Below are positions 31,414 through 41,024 of a DNA stretch of 62,836 nt, piece by piece. Position numbers and translations under genes: made by a program. Origin of the DNA: a virus (Duplodnaviria; Caudoviricetes). Within the stretch, counting starts at the first letter, position 1. Each line of letters starts with the position of its first letter. The stretch spans positions 1 through 62,836 of the IMG/VR virus record IMGVR_UViG_3300009183_000098; one strand, 5' to 3'. The notes beneath the pieces were generated by a model. The model worked only from the letters and a program-made list of their open reading frames with translations. It was not told the origin of the DNA and searched no databases.

Positions 31414-31588
31414 ATATAAGGTCGATCTATTAAGAAATATCATGATTGTTGCACATTATTCAAAAGGTGCGTTTAGTGTAATGGACTTATACCAAATGCC
31501 GGTTTATCTTCGTAATTTCTATATGAAAGAATTTGGAAAGCTGAAAGAAGAAGAAAATAAACAAATGGAAAAGGCAAGCAAACGATGA
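31382..31588 (+). CDS. gp51-like frame, probably a frameshift extension of 30646
   Basis: FFGLTPEY...Y.MP..LR.FY; overlaps the upstream gene across a T7 run; no strong start. Confidence 0.6.
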   Translation: MALTFFGLTPEYKVDLLRNIMIVAHYSKGAFSVMDLYQMPVYLRNFYMKEFGKLKEEENKQMEKASKR

Positions 31589-31956
31589 TACTACTACGAA
31601 ATTTATTACAAGAAAATGATAGAGCATATAAAGGAATGTCTGTGTCTGGGAGTCCGTTGATTACCTTGGTGGGTGATCGACGGGCCTTCAAAGGTATGGG
31701 TGTTTCTGGGACTCCGTTGTATACCGTGGTGGGGAATAAACTGTATGCAGGGATGTCTGTATCTGGTGCACCATTGGCAACATTGGTTGGCGATCTTATT
31801 TTCAAAGGAATGTCAGTATCGGGCGCGCCAATGGCACGATTGGAACGGAATAGATCGTACAAAGGAATGGCAGTTTCGGGATCACCAATTGTTACAGTTC
31901 CTAGTGGAAACATCACAACGTTGTTTATTGCAACGTATCACGCTTTGGTCGAGTAA
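31585..31956 (+). CDS. Five-repeat small beta protein
   Basis: Five ~19-aa YKGMSVSG.P repeats. Confidence 0.7.
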   Translation: MILLRNLLQENDRAYKGMSVSGSPLITLVGDRRAFKGMGVSGTPLYTVVGNKLYAGMSVSGAPLATLVGDLIFKGMSVSGAPMARLERNRSYKGMAVSGSPIVTVPSGNITTLFIATYHALVE

Positions 31957-31960
31957 TTAA

Positions 31961-34810
31961 ATGGCAGGATTTGATGATAGTGCACAGTATATTGAGGCAC
32001 AGAAATTAAAAGCAGAGCTTACTGCTGCTATGAACAGCGCAAGAAGTATGGCGAGTGCTATGCAGGGTGTTACTAGTGCGTTATCACAACATCAGACGGG
32101 TATACTAAAAGATGTAGCATCATTGATACAACGTCAAGCTCAATTTAATCAACAACGTCGATTAAAACAACAAGAAATGCAAATGACGGAACTTGAAATT
32201 TCTGCTGCAAAAAAACGTTTGCAAATTTCAAGACAAAGTACTCAGCAAATGGAAGATGCACTTGATGCTGCAGTGGCTGCTGGAGAAAGTGAAGAAAGAC
32301 TGTCGGCATTACGGGAAAGGTTTTATGCTGCTAAAGTCAAAGATGAATTAGCTGATCAAAATATCACAATTCGTTTGGCACAGGTTAAAAAAGATCAAGT
32401 CACACAACTAAAAAAACTGCCATATGCACAAATTGCAACGGCAGCTGCCGATTTAACAACGGCAATGAAAAATATTACACAACAGATTAATAAAACACAA
32501 GAACAGTTTGGTATTGCTGCAGGACAAGCTGCAAATCTCAAAGTAGACAATATCGTATCAAGTTTTAACAGTTATGTAGAATCGGCAAAATCTTTATTCA
32601 GCGGAAAACCAGAGTTCGGCGTTTCTGCCGAAATGATCGAAGGTGCGCAAGCCGCGTATCAAAATGAATTTGGTGGTATATTAACGACTGGCGCTGCCAA
32701 AGATTTGGCAATGCAAGCACGTACAATGGGTGTTACTGCGGAACAATTAACAAAAGCTCGTCGTGTATTCACGGCGCAGTCGTTAGGTAACGTTGCAGAA
32801 GCAAAAAAATCACAAGATAAATTTATTGCGGAATTTGCCAAGAAAGGATTGACATCAAAAGATGCAATGCAGGCTATCTCGCAATATTCAGAATTATTAG
32901 CACGTAATGGTACACGATTTGCACAATCATTCACTCGTGCTGCTGCAGACGCAAAGAAAATTGGAGTTGATTTAAATAAAGTTAGTCAGTTCGGTGATAG
33001 TCTCATTAGTGATTTTGAGGGATTCTTAGAAGGTCAAGCTGGGCTTGGGGCAATGGGATTCAACCTTGACTCAAATAGATTGGCACAGATTTCCGAAACT
33101 GGTAGTGATGCAGATTTATTTAATGAACTACGGTCGCAATTGGCCAGTACTGGAAAGGATATCACTAAACTTCGTAGATCAGAACGACTTGAATTAGAAT
33201 CGGCGTTTGGTATGAGTATCAGTGAAATGCAAAAATTGGCCGGTGAAACGCCTGACGGAGATACAAAAAGTCCAGAGGAATTGCAAGCAGATGCAAACGG
33301 ATTATTAACTCGACTTGCTGTGGGCATGGATTTAATGACCAAATTATTAAGTGCCATTTCAACGGGTGTATTGGCGTTGATTGCATTTAATACTGGAGTA
33401 ACTGCATTAGCAACAGGGGGTATAGCAGGAAGTATTGCTGCTGCATTACTTCCAATTGCTGCTGGTATTGCGACAATTGCCGCAGTGGTTGCGTTTTGGA
33501 AAATGGGTTCCAGTGAAATTGATAAAGGAAAAGAGTTATACAAATCTGGAGAAAAAGGGAAAGGCATCGCAGCTGGAGCACTAGGAGGGGGATTGATGGG
33601 AGGTGTCGCTGCAGCCGCTGGGTTGGCAATTGCAGGAGTTATTGCTGGCATGACCGGTGGCCTAGCAATACCTGTTATTGCCGGTCTGGCCCCAGCTATT
33701 ATGGGCGGTTCTATGGCTGCAGGCGCAGGACTCGGAGGTTATAGTGCTACGAAAGGTGATGACGTAGTATCCCAAACTGGCTATGGTAAACGTTCCTTGG
33801 TAACACCATCGGGTGTGATTGCATTAAATAATAAAGATAATATCATTGCGTATGCAGATGATTTAGACGGTACGAAAAAACTACCATATGGGTCTATTGC
33901 AAAGAAAGCCGTTGAAAAATACGAACAAATTGATGTATTTAAAAAACAAGTAAATGATACCTTTGCTCAATTAATTTCACCGTCTGGTGGATTTGGTCAA
34001 ATTTCAAAATTTCTTAACAAAGATTTGGGAGCTGCAGCCACTAATAAAGTGATGAGTGGAAAAGTTGGAGGGGCAATTGCTAAAGCCCAAGAACTGAAGG
34101 TAGGTGGCACTAGCGGATTACTTTCCATGGCGCAAAACAAGTTTGGTGATATCTTCGGTGGTAAGGCCGGTGGCGCAATGTCTAGTGTAAGTAATCTATT
34201 CACAGGTGGTGGTTCAACATCAAGTAATTTGATGAGTATGGCAACTAAGATTCCTGGCCTTGGTGGATTACTCGGAAAAGCTACGGGATTATTAGGTGGC
34301 GGTGGATTAAAAGGAGTGGCCGGAAGCTTACTTGGAAAAGTAGGATTGGGTAGTCTTGGCGGTAGTTTATTGGGCGGACCAATGGGATTGGCGGGTTCGT
34401 TGGCGGCACCATTACTCAAGAAAATTCCATTAGTTGGTGGTGCTCTTGCGTCAATTGCGGGTGGACCCGGTAAGTTGGTGGGTAGTGCATTGGGTAAGAT
34501 CGGTGGATTATTTGGGAAGAAGAAGGCTCCCGCAGTTTCTGCAATGGGCGCAATGATGCCTGACATGGGAAATATGATGTCGATGCTTCCATTCCTCTCT
34601 GGAGCACAATCTGCAGCAGCACAAGGTACTACACAACCACAAGCACAAATTTCAGTAGACACTTCTGGTATAGAAAAGCAACTGAATAATTTCATCAATG
34701 CACTCCAAGGTATACAGATTCATATGGATGGAGCAAAGGTTGGAAAAGCATTAGTAAATAGTAATGACGCCGCATCATCACTCGGCGTGTTCCGTGAACA
34801 GTCCCGTTAA
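31961..34810 (+). CDS. Tape measure protein
   Basis: Long Ala/Gly-rich helical protein with hydrophobic segments; located between chaperone and baseplate genes. Confidence 0.8.
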   Translation: MAGFDDSAQYIEAQKLKAELTAAMNSARSMASAMQGVTSALSQHQTGILKDVASLIQRQAQFNQQRRLKQQEMQMTELEISAAKKRLQISRQSTQQMEDALDAAVAAGESEERLSALRERFYAAKVKDELADQNITIRLAQVKKDQVTQLKKLPYAQIATAAADLTTAMKNITQQINKTQEQFGIAAGQAANLKVDNIVSSFNSYVESAKSLFSGKPEFGVSAEMIEGAQAAYQNEFGGILTTGAAKDLAMQARTMGVTAEQLTKARRVFTAQSLGNVAEAKKSQDKFIAEFAKKGLTSKDAMQAISQYSELLARNGTRFAQSFTRAAADAKKIGVDLNKVSQFGDSLISDFEGFLEGQAGLGAMGFNLDSNRLAQISETGSDADLFNELRSQLASTGKDITKLRRSERLELESAFGMSISEMQKLAGETPDGDTKSPEELQADANGLLTRLAVGMDLMTKLLSAISTGVLALIAFNTGVTALATGGIAGSIAAALLPIAAGIATIAAVVAFWKMGSSEIDKGKELYKSGEKGKGIAAGALGGGLMGGVAAAAGLAIAGVIAGMTGGLAIPVIAGLAPAIMGGSMAAGAGLGGYSATKGDDVVSQTGYGKRSLVTPSGVIALNNKDNIIAYADDLDGTKKLPYGSIAKKAVEKYEQIDVFKKQVNDTFAQLISPSGGFGQISKFLNKDLGAAATNKVMSGKVGGAIAKAQELKVGGTSGLLSMAQNKFGDIFGGKAGGAMSSVSNLFTGGGSTSSNLMSMATKIPGLGGLLGKATGLLGGGGLKGVAGSLLGKVGLGSLGGSLLGGPMGLAGSLAAPLLKKIPLVGGALASIAGGPGKLVGSALGKIGGLFGKKKAPAVSAMGAMMPDMGNMMSMLPFLSGAQSAAAQGTTQPQAQISVDTSGIEKQLNNFINALQGIQIHMDGAKVGKALVNSNDAASSLGVFREQSR

Positions 34811-34830
34811 ACTTTGTATGAGAAATACAC

Positions 34831-36768
34831 ATGGCATTTAAAAACTTAGAAAGTCGGTTTAACGAAAACGTCAATAAATTATATAGCGCCGGTACGTTGA
34901 AGTTTGAAAACGGAAAGCCAAGTAATGGAAGAAACGACGATCCATTGATAGTACGTAAACCCGGAAATGGATATTGGGGATTTGGAGAAAGCAGAAGTCT
35001 TCCTGTACGAAGTGCGCTAATCGACGTAAAACGACTAACTTTATTTACGTTAAGTAAAAGAGGATTATTATTTCTGGCAAAACAACAATTGTTACAAACG
35101 GGTAATACGTTCGAACATACCAGAATAATTAATCCTACATTTGCCATTGGGAATGCTGTTCCATTTTTACATATTAAACGAAATTTACGGCCACTTGCTA
35201 TCGGTGGAACGGTTGGCAAAGTATTATCCACGCTGGGTATTAGAAAAGATGATAAGCCAAATTCACCTGCCGATTTACGAAAAATTGCACAACTCCAGCA
35301 AGAAACCTACGACAAATATACTGGTGGTGCTGGATTAGTTAAAAGTTTAATAAAAAAAATACCCGTTATTGGACAAACTATATCAGCAATATCTGCAAAA
35401 CGAAGTGTTGGGGAAAATTTAAAATGGGATCGTAGTAGACCGGAACTCGGAAAAACTAATGCAGATTATTTCGTATATATATATGGAAATTTAACAGACG
35501 ATAAAGCTACCGCAGTTGCCAAAAAATTCATCAAAAAACTCACTGGAATATCTTTAGTCACATCAACCAGCAACGTCTACGGCGTTAAGGACTCAAGTGG
35601 AAATTATATAACATATTTGGCTTATAGTAATAATAAAAAAACATGGGATATATCAAATACGACGGATTATAACACATATAGAGCTAATAAATTTACAAAA
35701 TCTGTGCCGCCAAAAATATCCGATGCGGCGGAAAAATCTACACTAAAACTAGAAGAATACAAATCATCCGATCTACAAAAAATTGTAGATACGCAAGTAA
35801 AGAATTACGTAGCAACGTCTCAAAAATTGTCGGACGCAGAACGAACAATTCCCAGACCACAAGTGGGTACGGGTAAATTACCCGTTTCTGCAACCGGTAA
35901 AGCATTTGTTAGATATTTTTCCGCAGGAAATGTTGGACTTAGTACGGTAAACGAACAGGGTATACTGGATGGGAAGACTACTAACATGCAAGAAAAAGTG
36001 GCAGGATATAGAACTAATACTGCGTTTTCCACAAGTAAAACCACGAAAAAAATATCGTATATACAAGACGTTGCAAATCTACCAACAAAATCACCAACAG
36101 ATAAAAACTCTAAACCTGCTTACAGGGCAATCAACAGTAACTTTGATGATCCAATTGTAGTATCCTTTGCAATGGGCACTGATAGCCCAGTTCGGTTTCG
36201 GGCATTCATTAAAGATTTAAATCAAACAGCAACACCCGAATATAAATCATACCAATACATTGGTCGTATGGAAAAATTTGTTAATTATGTTGGGGTGCAA
36301 CGAGACATATCATTTAAACTGGGTGTAATTGCGTTTTCTAAAGACGAGTTAGATGGGTGCTGGGCACGTATTAATTATTTAACAGGATTGGTATTTCCAT
36401 ACGGATTCAATCGTGGAATTTTCCAACCGAACATTGTGCGATTAACCATCGGAGATGTATATACAGAACAACCTGGATATGTTACTTCGCTGAACACCAA
36501 TTTTAATGAGTTGGGGGAGTCATGGGAAATTGATGGCGGCCGCCAAGTTCCAATTGCTGCACAGATGGATATTAAATTTACCATAATTGAAAAAACGTCC
36601 AAGGTTGCCGATTCACCGTTTTATGGTATCACCGAAACAATATTTGAAGTTCCCTATCTTTCTAACGAAAAGGCTCCTGCAATAATTGCGGGCACGCAAG
36701 TGGTGGAAAATAGAAAACCACCAGTAATATCCAGTGCAAATATTAAATTACCAACCTCGGGTCGATAA
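34831..36768 (+). CDS. Baseplate/tube-initiator-like protein
   Basis: FRAFI, Y.GR.E...Y.G..R.ISF, LTIGD.Y...PG, ESWEI motifs. Confidence 0.6.
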   Translation: MAFKNLESRFNENVNKLYSAGTLKFENGKPSNGRNDDPLIVRKPGNGYWGFGESRSLPVRSALIDVKRLTLFTLSKRGLLFLAKQQLLQTGNTFEHTRIINPTFAIGNAVPFLHIKRNLRPLAIGGTVGKVLSTLGIRKDDKPNSPADLRKIAQLQQETYDKYTGGAGLVKSLIKKIPVIGQTISAISAKRSVGENLKWDRSRPELGKTNADYFVYIYGNLTDDKATAVAKKFIKKLTGISLVTSTSNVYGVKDSSGNYITYLAYSNNKKTWDISNTTDYNTYRANKFTKSVPPKISDAAEKSTLKLEEYKSSDLQKIVDTQVKNYVATSQKLSDAERTIPRPQVGTGKLPVSATGKAFVRYFSAGNVGLSTVNEQGILDGKTTNMQEKVAGYRTNTAFSTSKTTKKISYIQDVANLPTKSPTDKNSKPAYRAINSNFDDPIVVSFAMGTDSPVRFRAFIKDLNQTATPEYKSYQYIGRMEKFVNYVGVQRDISFKLGVIAFSKDELDGCWARINYLTGLVFPYGFNRGIFQPNIVRLTIGDVYTEQPGYVTSLNTNFNELGESWEIDGGRQVPIAAQMDIKFTIIEKTSKVADSPFYGITETIFEVPYLSNEKAPAIIAGTQVVENRKPPVISSANIKLPTSGR

Positions 36769-36771
36769 CTT

Positions 36772-37035
36772 ATGCCACGCTATCAAAATAATATAATCGT
36801 AAAAAAAACAGATGAGGGCGCACGATATTATACGTCTGCAATTCCCACCGACCCTCTAGAAGAACAGATCGAATATAATTATAAGGCACGTATGGGTGAT
36901 AGGTGGGATACCATTGCTTACAAATATTTAGGATCGGCAACATTGTGGTATGTTGTCGCAAATGCGAATAATGGACTGAACGGCTCTATATTTATTAAGC
37001 CGGGAACAATTATCACGATACCTCAAAACTATTAA
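36772..37035 (+). CDS. LysM/gpX-like baseplate protein
   Basis: GDRWD.IAYKY.G...LW..VA.AN...PG..I.IP. Confidence 0.8.
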   Translation: MPRYQNNIIVKKTDEGARYYTSAIPTDPLEEQIEYNYKARMGDRWDTIAYKYLGSATLWYVVANANNGLNGSIFIKPGTIITIPQNY

Positions 37036-37041
37036 AATACT

Positions 37042-40000
37042 ATGGCACATGATCAAGGGTCTTTTGACTACAAAGTAATAAATGAAAATATAAGTAAATT
37101 GTTGGATGCACGATCTGAACTGGATAATACGATTCAAGTTTCCATGCCGTTCATCAGAGCCACCACTACACTTCAATTACCCCAACTCGGCGCTGGTAAT
37201 ATTGGGTTTACTTTGGGGCTACATGCTATAGATGAAGATGTACGATATGAAGATATGTACGCATCAGTAGACGGTGAAATGCCATTAATTGGATATACGT
37301 ATACAGCAGACGGAAAACCTAAACGAGTATACGCAACCGATCCAAACGATCAAATAATATCAGATGTATTTGACACGCAAGGTCTATTATATAAAACAAC
37401 GAACTTTGTTAGAATTCCACCGCCGGGTATTACTAAAGCTACTGTTAGTAGAGCTAAGAACGGTGTGTTAGCAATGGCTACATTGGAAATTTCCGTCCCG
37501 TCACTTGTGCAACTGGAAAATCTACACCGAACATTTTTAGTTCCTGGTGTTGGTATGATTTTAGAATGGGGACAACAATTTGCCGCAGAGTTACAGCCAA
37601 GTTTAGGAGAATTACCGGACATATCTACAAATTTATTTCCGTGGCATGATCGTGCTAAACTTATGGAAATCTTAAATAAATTGGCAACTAGTCAATTAGG
37701 ACTAAAAGAAATTTTAGATGATTATGCGTATGCATCACAAGGTCAATATATGTGGATGTTTGGTCGTGTGGCAAATTTTAGTACTAAATCCAATTCCGAT
37801 GGATCATTTAATTGCACGGTAAAAATTGTAGGCCCGTCAGAAGATTCATTTGCATATTCCACACAAAACACAATAATTCCGTCAAAAGACTCCAGCACAG
37901 CGTATTTTTGTGCAGGCGATATCAATAGTGTTTCGTCATACTTCACAGAAACCGTTCCCGGCGTCAATTTCAAAACGTTGTTGGATGACACGTTAAAGGG
38001 TGGTCCTTGGCAACAACACGTACAAATTCTGGTAGGTGGAAATAAGAAAGCGGGAGAACCTACGGCAACAGAACAAAGCCCAGTTATAAGTCAAAATAGT
38101 TTTGCGGACGCAGAAGATGCATATTTCATAACATGGAGATTTTTTGTTAATGTAGTATTGAATAGTTCCAATAAAAATTACCCAGGACTGAAATATCTTT
38201 TTAGTACGATCATGAGCGATAAAGAACTGGAAAAAGTAGGATTACTACTGCCGTATGCAACTGGCGATGATCGAAAAAATACAACCGTAGACAAATTACA
38301 GTATATAAACGATCCAATGGAATCATATGTTGGTATGAATAAGTTTTTACGATCTATTGATCCGTCTACGTTAATTATTGTTAATGACAAGGCAGCACAA
38401 TTAGCACAGGCAAACCCACAGTATAATATACCAACTTCGGAAGTAAAATTTTTTGAGCCAACTACAGAAACAAAAAAGTTTTATGAACGTGGATTGTTTG
38501 AAGAGTCTACTAAAGCAGACGAAATAGCACAAGATCGTGGATTTTTAAGTTCCGGTGTGTGGTTAAACCACAAGGCAGTCGCGGAATGTATGTTAGGCAG
38601 TACTACCATCCTCCGCGGCATTGTAAGTTTATTGGAACGTATGAATCACGCAACATTAAACTATTGGAAATTAGCAATAGATTACGCAGAACCTATGAAA
38701 GGATCTGAACATTCATTTAATTACATGGTGGTAGATGCTAATTTCAGAGAAAGTTCTGATCGAGCGGTGTCAAAGTTTATAGATAACGTTCACACATTTA
38801 ACAAATATGTTCGTGTTGACAGTACTACGGGTAAATTGATAGGATCAGAATTAACTGAATGTTCTATTGATTTATCGTTACCGAAACGATTATTTACACA
38901 AATTGCTACGTTGGGATTGGTACAACCCGAAGATATGCAGAAAATTTCGGATGCCGGCAAGACCAAAGACGAGTTGGCAGAAGAAGCAGCTGCCGCAGAC
39001 AAACCCGTTACTGGACCGACCAAGCCACCAAAAATATCTGATCCAAATGATACCTTGCGGGAAATGTTTGCTACTACGATCTTGGCCGGTGGGTCAAAAG
39101 GAAATTACGATGACAATATCCAAGGTCCGGATATCACAATACTTCCAAAAACTGCTCGCGCAGCACAGTTGAAGGCAAGTGGAGTGTGTGGGAAAGCTAA
39201 CACACAGACTACCGCAAATACTGCTGGCGTTGGACAAAAGCCGGGTGCAATTGATCCTTCTGCAAATCTCAACGGTAAAAGTGCAGATGAATTAAAAAAA
39301 GAGCAAGAGAACGCAAAGAAAATATTAGAAACTGATGTATGTAAAAAATGTCAAACGTGTCCACCACCAAAAGCGCCACCAGTTACTACACAACCAACGA
39401 ATAAGAAATTATCCCAATTAACGATATCAGAAGTATTATCTGTACAAAAACCTGCTGGTACTGTTCTTGCAGTCGGTAAATATCAAGCAATTCCTGTTAC
39501 GTTTAAAGCGTGGATTTCGGCACAGAAAATTCCAACGGATACTATATTTGATAGTTCTGCGCAAGAAAAATTGGGTGATTGGTTAATTATTGGTAAACGA
39601 CCGAAGGTGGGAAGATTTGTTAATGGAGATGCATCTATAACAATAGAAGATGCGCAATTAGAATTAGCAAAAGAATTTGCATCAATCCCAGTTCCATATA
39701 AAGTTACTAGGCCCGCCGGAGCAGCATCAAAATCTGACCCAGGAGCTGTGCTTGAAGCAGGGCAATCATATTATTACGGAATAGCAGGAAATAAATCCAC
39801 GGCAAGTTCTGCAAAATATCAAGAAGCATTACGTATTGCCAGGCAGAATAAAAGTTTACAGTCGTTAAAAGAGTTTATTGCAAAGGGTGAAGGAAATTAT
39901 GACGCGTTGAATAGAGGTATTGCAGGAGATACTAGGTTAGACAGCACAGAATATTATGCAGCACTTAATCAACGTAAACTATCTACGCCCAGTACTACTA

Positions 40001-40614
40001 GTACTACCAAAGTGTGTAGTGACGATGCATATCTAGAAATTGCGCAATTAAAAAATAGTGGATTGCCATCATTTGACAATTTTTCACTACAAAATAAAAT
40101 TGATGCTGGGAAAAAAGAATGTGGTGAATGTATAAAAGCAATAACTCTACTAACACAAACTAATATAGTTATTGCAGCACAAGATAAGGCAACAAAAGCA
40201 GCAGAAAAAGCAATCAGAGATTTTCCTGGCATGAATAGAATATTTCGATATGTAGAAATATTTCCAGATATGATGGTTGCAGAAATTACAGATTCCGCCA
40301 ACGGTCAGTTTGCCAATGCATTTGGTGCATCTCCTGGTGCGTTATCAATATCGGGTGACATTGCTATGCCTGGTATAGCAGGATTGCGTGTAGGCGAATT
40401 ATTTTGGATTGATCGCATTCCTACCTTTTATAAGGCATACGGCGCATTTCAGATTATGGGCGTTGAAGATACTATTGGTAGAGATGGGTGGACGACTAAA
40501 GTACATTCAATCTTTAATTATTTGGGAACTAATTGGAAAGTAGCAATGGCGGAAAAATTTAGAATTGCTAAAGCTGCTCAATCACCAAGTATTACTGCGC
40601 CGCGGAGTATATAA
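37042..40614 (+). CDS. Baseplate hub protein with inserted lysozyme-like domain
   Basis: P.PGIT, PG..M.LEWG, GIAG..VG..F.ID hub motifs; internal AVGKYQ.IP and LAKEFASIP. Confidence 0.7.
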   Translation: MAHDQGSFDYKVINENISKLLDARSELDNTIQVSMPFIRATTTLQLPQLGAGNIGFTLGLHAIDEDVRYEDMYASVDGEMPLIGYTYTADGKPKRVYATDPNDQIISDVFDTQGLLYKTTNFVRIPPPGITKATVSRAKNGVLAMATLEISVPSLVQLENLHRTFLVPGVGMILEWGQQFAAELQPSLGELPDISTNLFPWHDRAKLMEILNKLATSQLGLKEILDDYAYASQGQYMWMFGRVANFSTKSNSDGSFNCTVKIVGPSEDSFAYSTQNTIIPSKDSSTAYFCAGDINSVSSYFTETVPGVNFKTLLDDTLKGGPWQQHVQILVGGNKKAGEPTATEQSPVISQNSFADAEDAYFITWRFFVNVVLNSSNKNYPGLKYLFSTIMSDKELEKVGLLLPYATGDDRKNTTVDKLQYINDPMESYVGMNKFLRSIDPSTLIIVNDKAAQLAQANPQYNIPTSEVKFFEPTTETKKFYERGLFEESTKADEIAQDRGFLSSGVWLNHKAVAECMLGSTTILRGIVSLLERMNHATLNYWKLAIDYAEPMKGSEHSFNYMVVDANFRESSDRAVSKFIDNVHTFNKYVRVDSTTGKLIGSELTECSIDLSLPKRLFTQIATLGLVQPEDMQKISDAGKTKDELAEEAAAADKPVTGPTKPPKISDPNDTLREMFATTILAGGSKGNYDDNIQGPDITILPKTARAAQLKASGVCGKANTQTTANTAGVGQKPGAIDPSANLNGKSADELKKEQENAKKILETDVCKKCQTCPPPKAPPVTTQPTNKKLSQLTISEVLSVQKPAGTVLAVGKYQAIPVTFKAWISAQKIPTDTIFDSSAQEKLGDWLIIGKRPKVGRFVNGDASITIEDAQLELAKEFASIPVPYKVTRPAGAASKSDPGAVLEAGQSYYYGIAGNKSTASSAKYQEALRIARQNKSLQSLKEFIAKGEGNYDALNRGIAGDTRLDSTEYYAALNQRKLSTPSTTSTTKVCSDDAYLEIAQLKNSGLPSFDNFSLQNKIDAGKKECGECIKAITLLTQTNIVIAAQDKATKAAEKAIRDFPGMNRIFRYVEIFPDMMVAEITDSANGQFANAFGASPGALSISGDIAMPGIAGLRVGELFWIDRIPTFYKAYGAFQIMGVEDTIGRDGWTTKVHSIFNYLGTNWKVAMAEKFRIAKAAQSPSITAPRSI

Positions 40615-40616
40615 TA

Positions 40617-41024
40617 ATGATCGACACTGATTTATTACAGAAACTTTATAAGTCCGACGAACAACGATTAACCAATACTTTAGATAAAATGCCGTCGCAA
40701 GTATTACCCATCGTCACACAGTCAGATGCTAAAAATAAATTTATTATGCGGTATTTTGTACGACAGGTCACCGATAAAGATTTTATTGTTGAAGTAGATA
40801 ATAGTCAATATTACGAATTGAAAGAAAACCCACGGTTTGTTACGACAGAAATTAAATGGAAAATTGTTGGTAAAAAACAAAATATGACACTCTTAAACGG
40901 CGTAACAATTTTTGGGGTGGAGGATACAAACCGCGTAGTAGTTTCCGAGGCGGACTTGACTTTTGGGGGATTGTTGAAGTATATTACAAGTTATCTGGAG
41001 TATTGGTTCGCTGAAGAGGTGTAA
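40617..41024 (+). CDS. Hypothetical protein (baseplate region)
   Basis: RYFVRQ...IVEV...KWKI.G; intact ORF. Confidence 0.55.
   Translation: MIDTDLLQKLYKSDEQRLTNTLDKMPSQVLPIVTQSDAKNKFIMRYFVRQVTDKDFIVEVDNSQYYELKENPRFVTTEIKWKIVGKKQNMTLLNGVTIFGVEDTNRVVVSEADLTFGGLLKYITSYLEYWFAEEV
40956..40985 (+). promoter_or_regulatory. Sigma70-like promoter upstream of the family A polymerase gene
   Basis: TTGACT-N18-TATATT. Confidence 0.55.
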
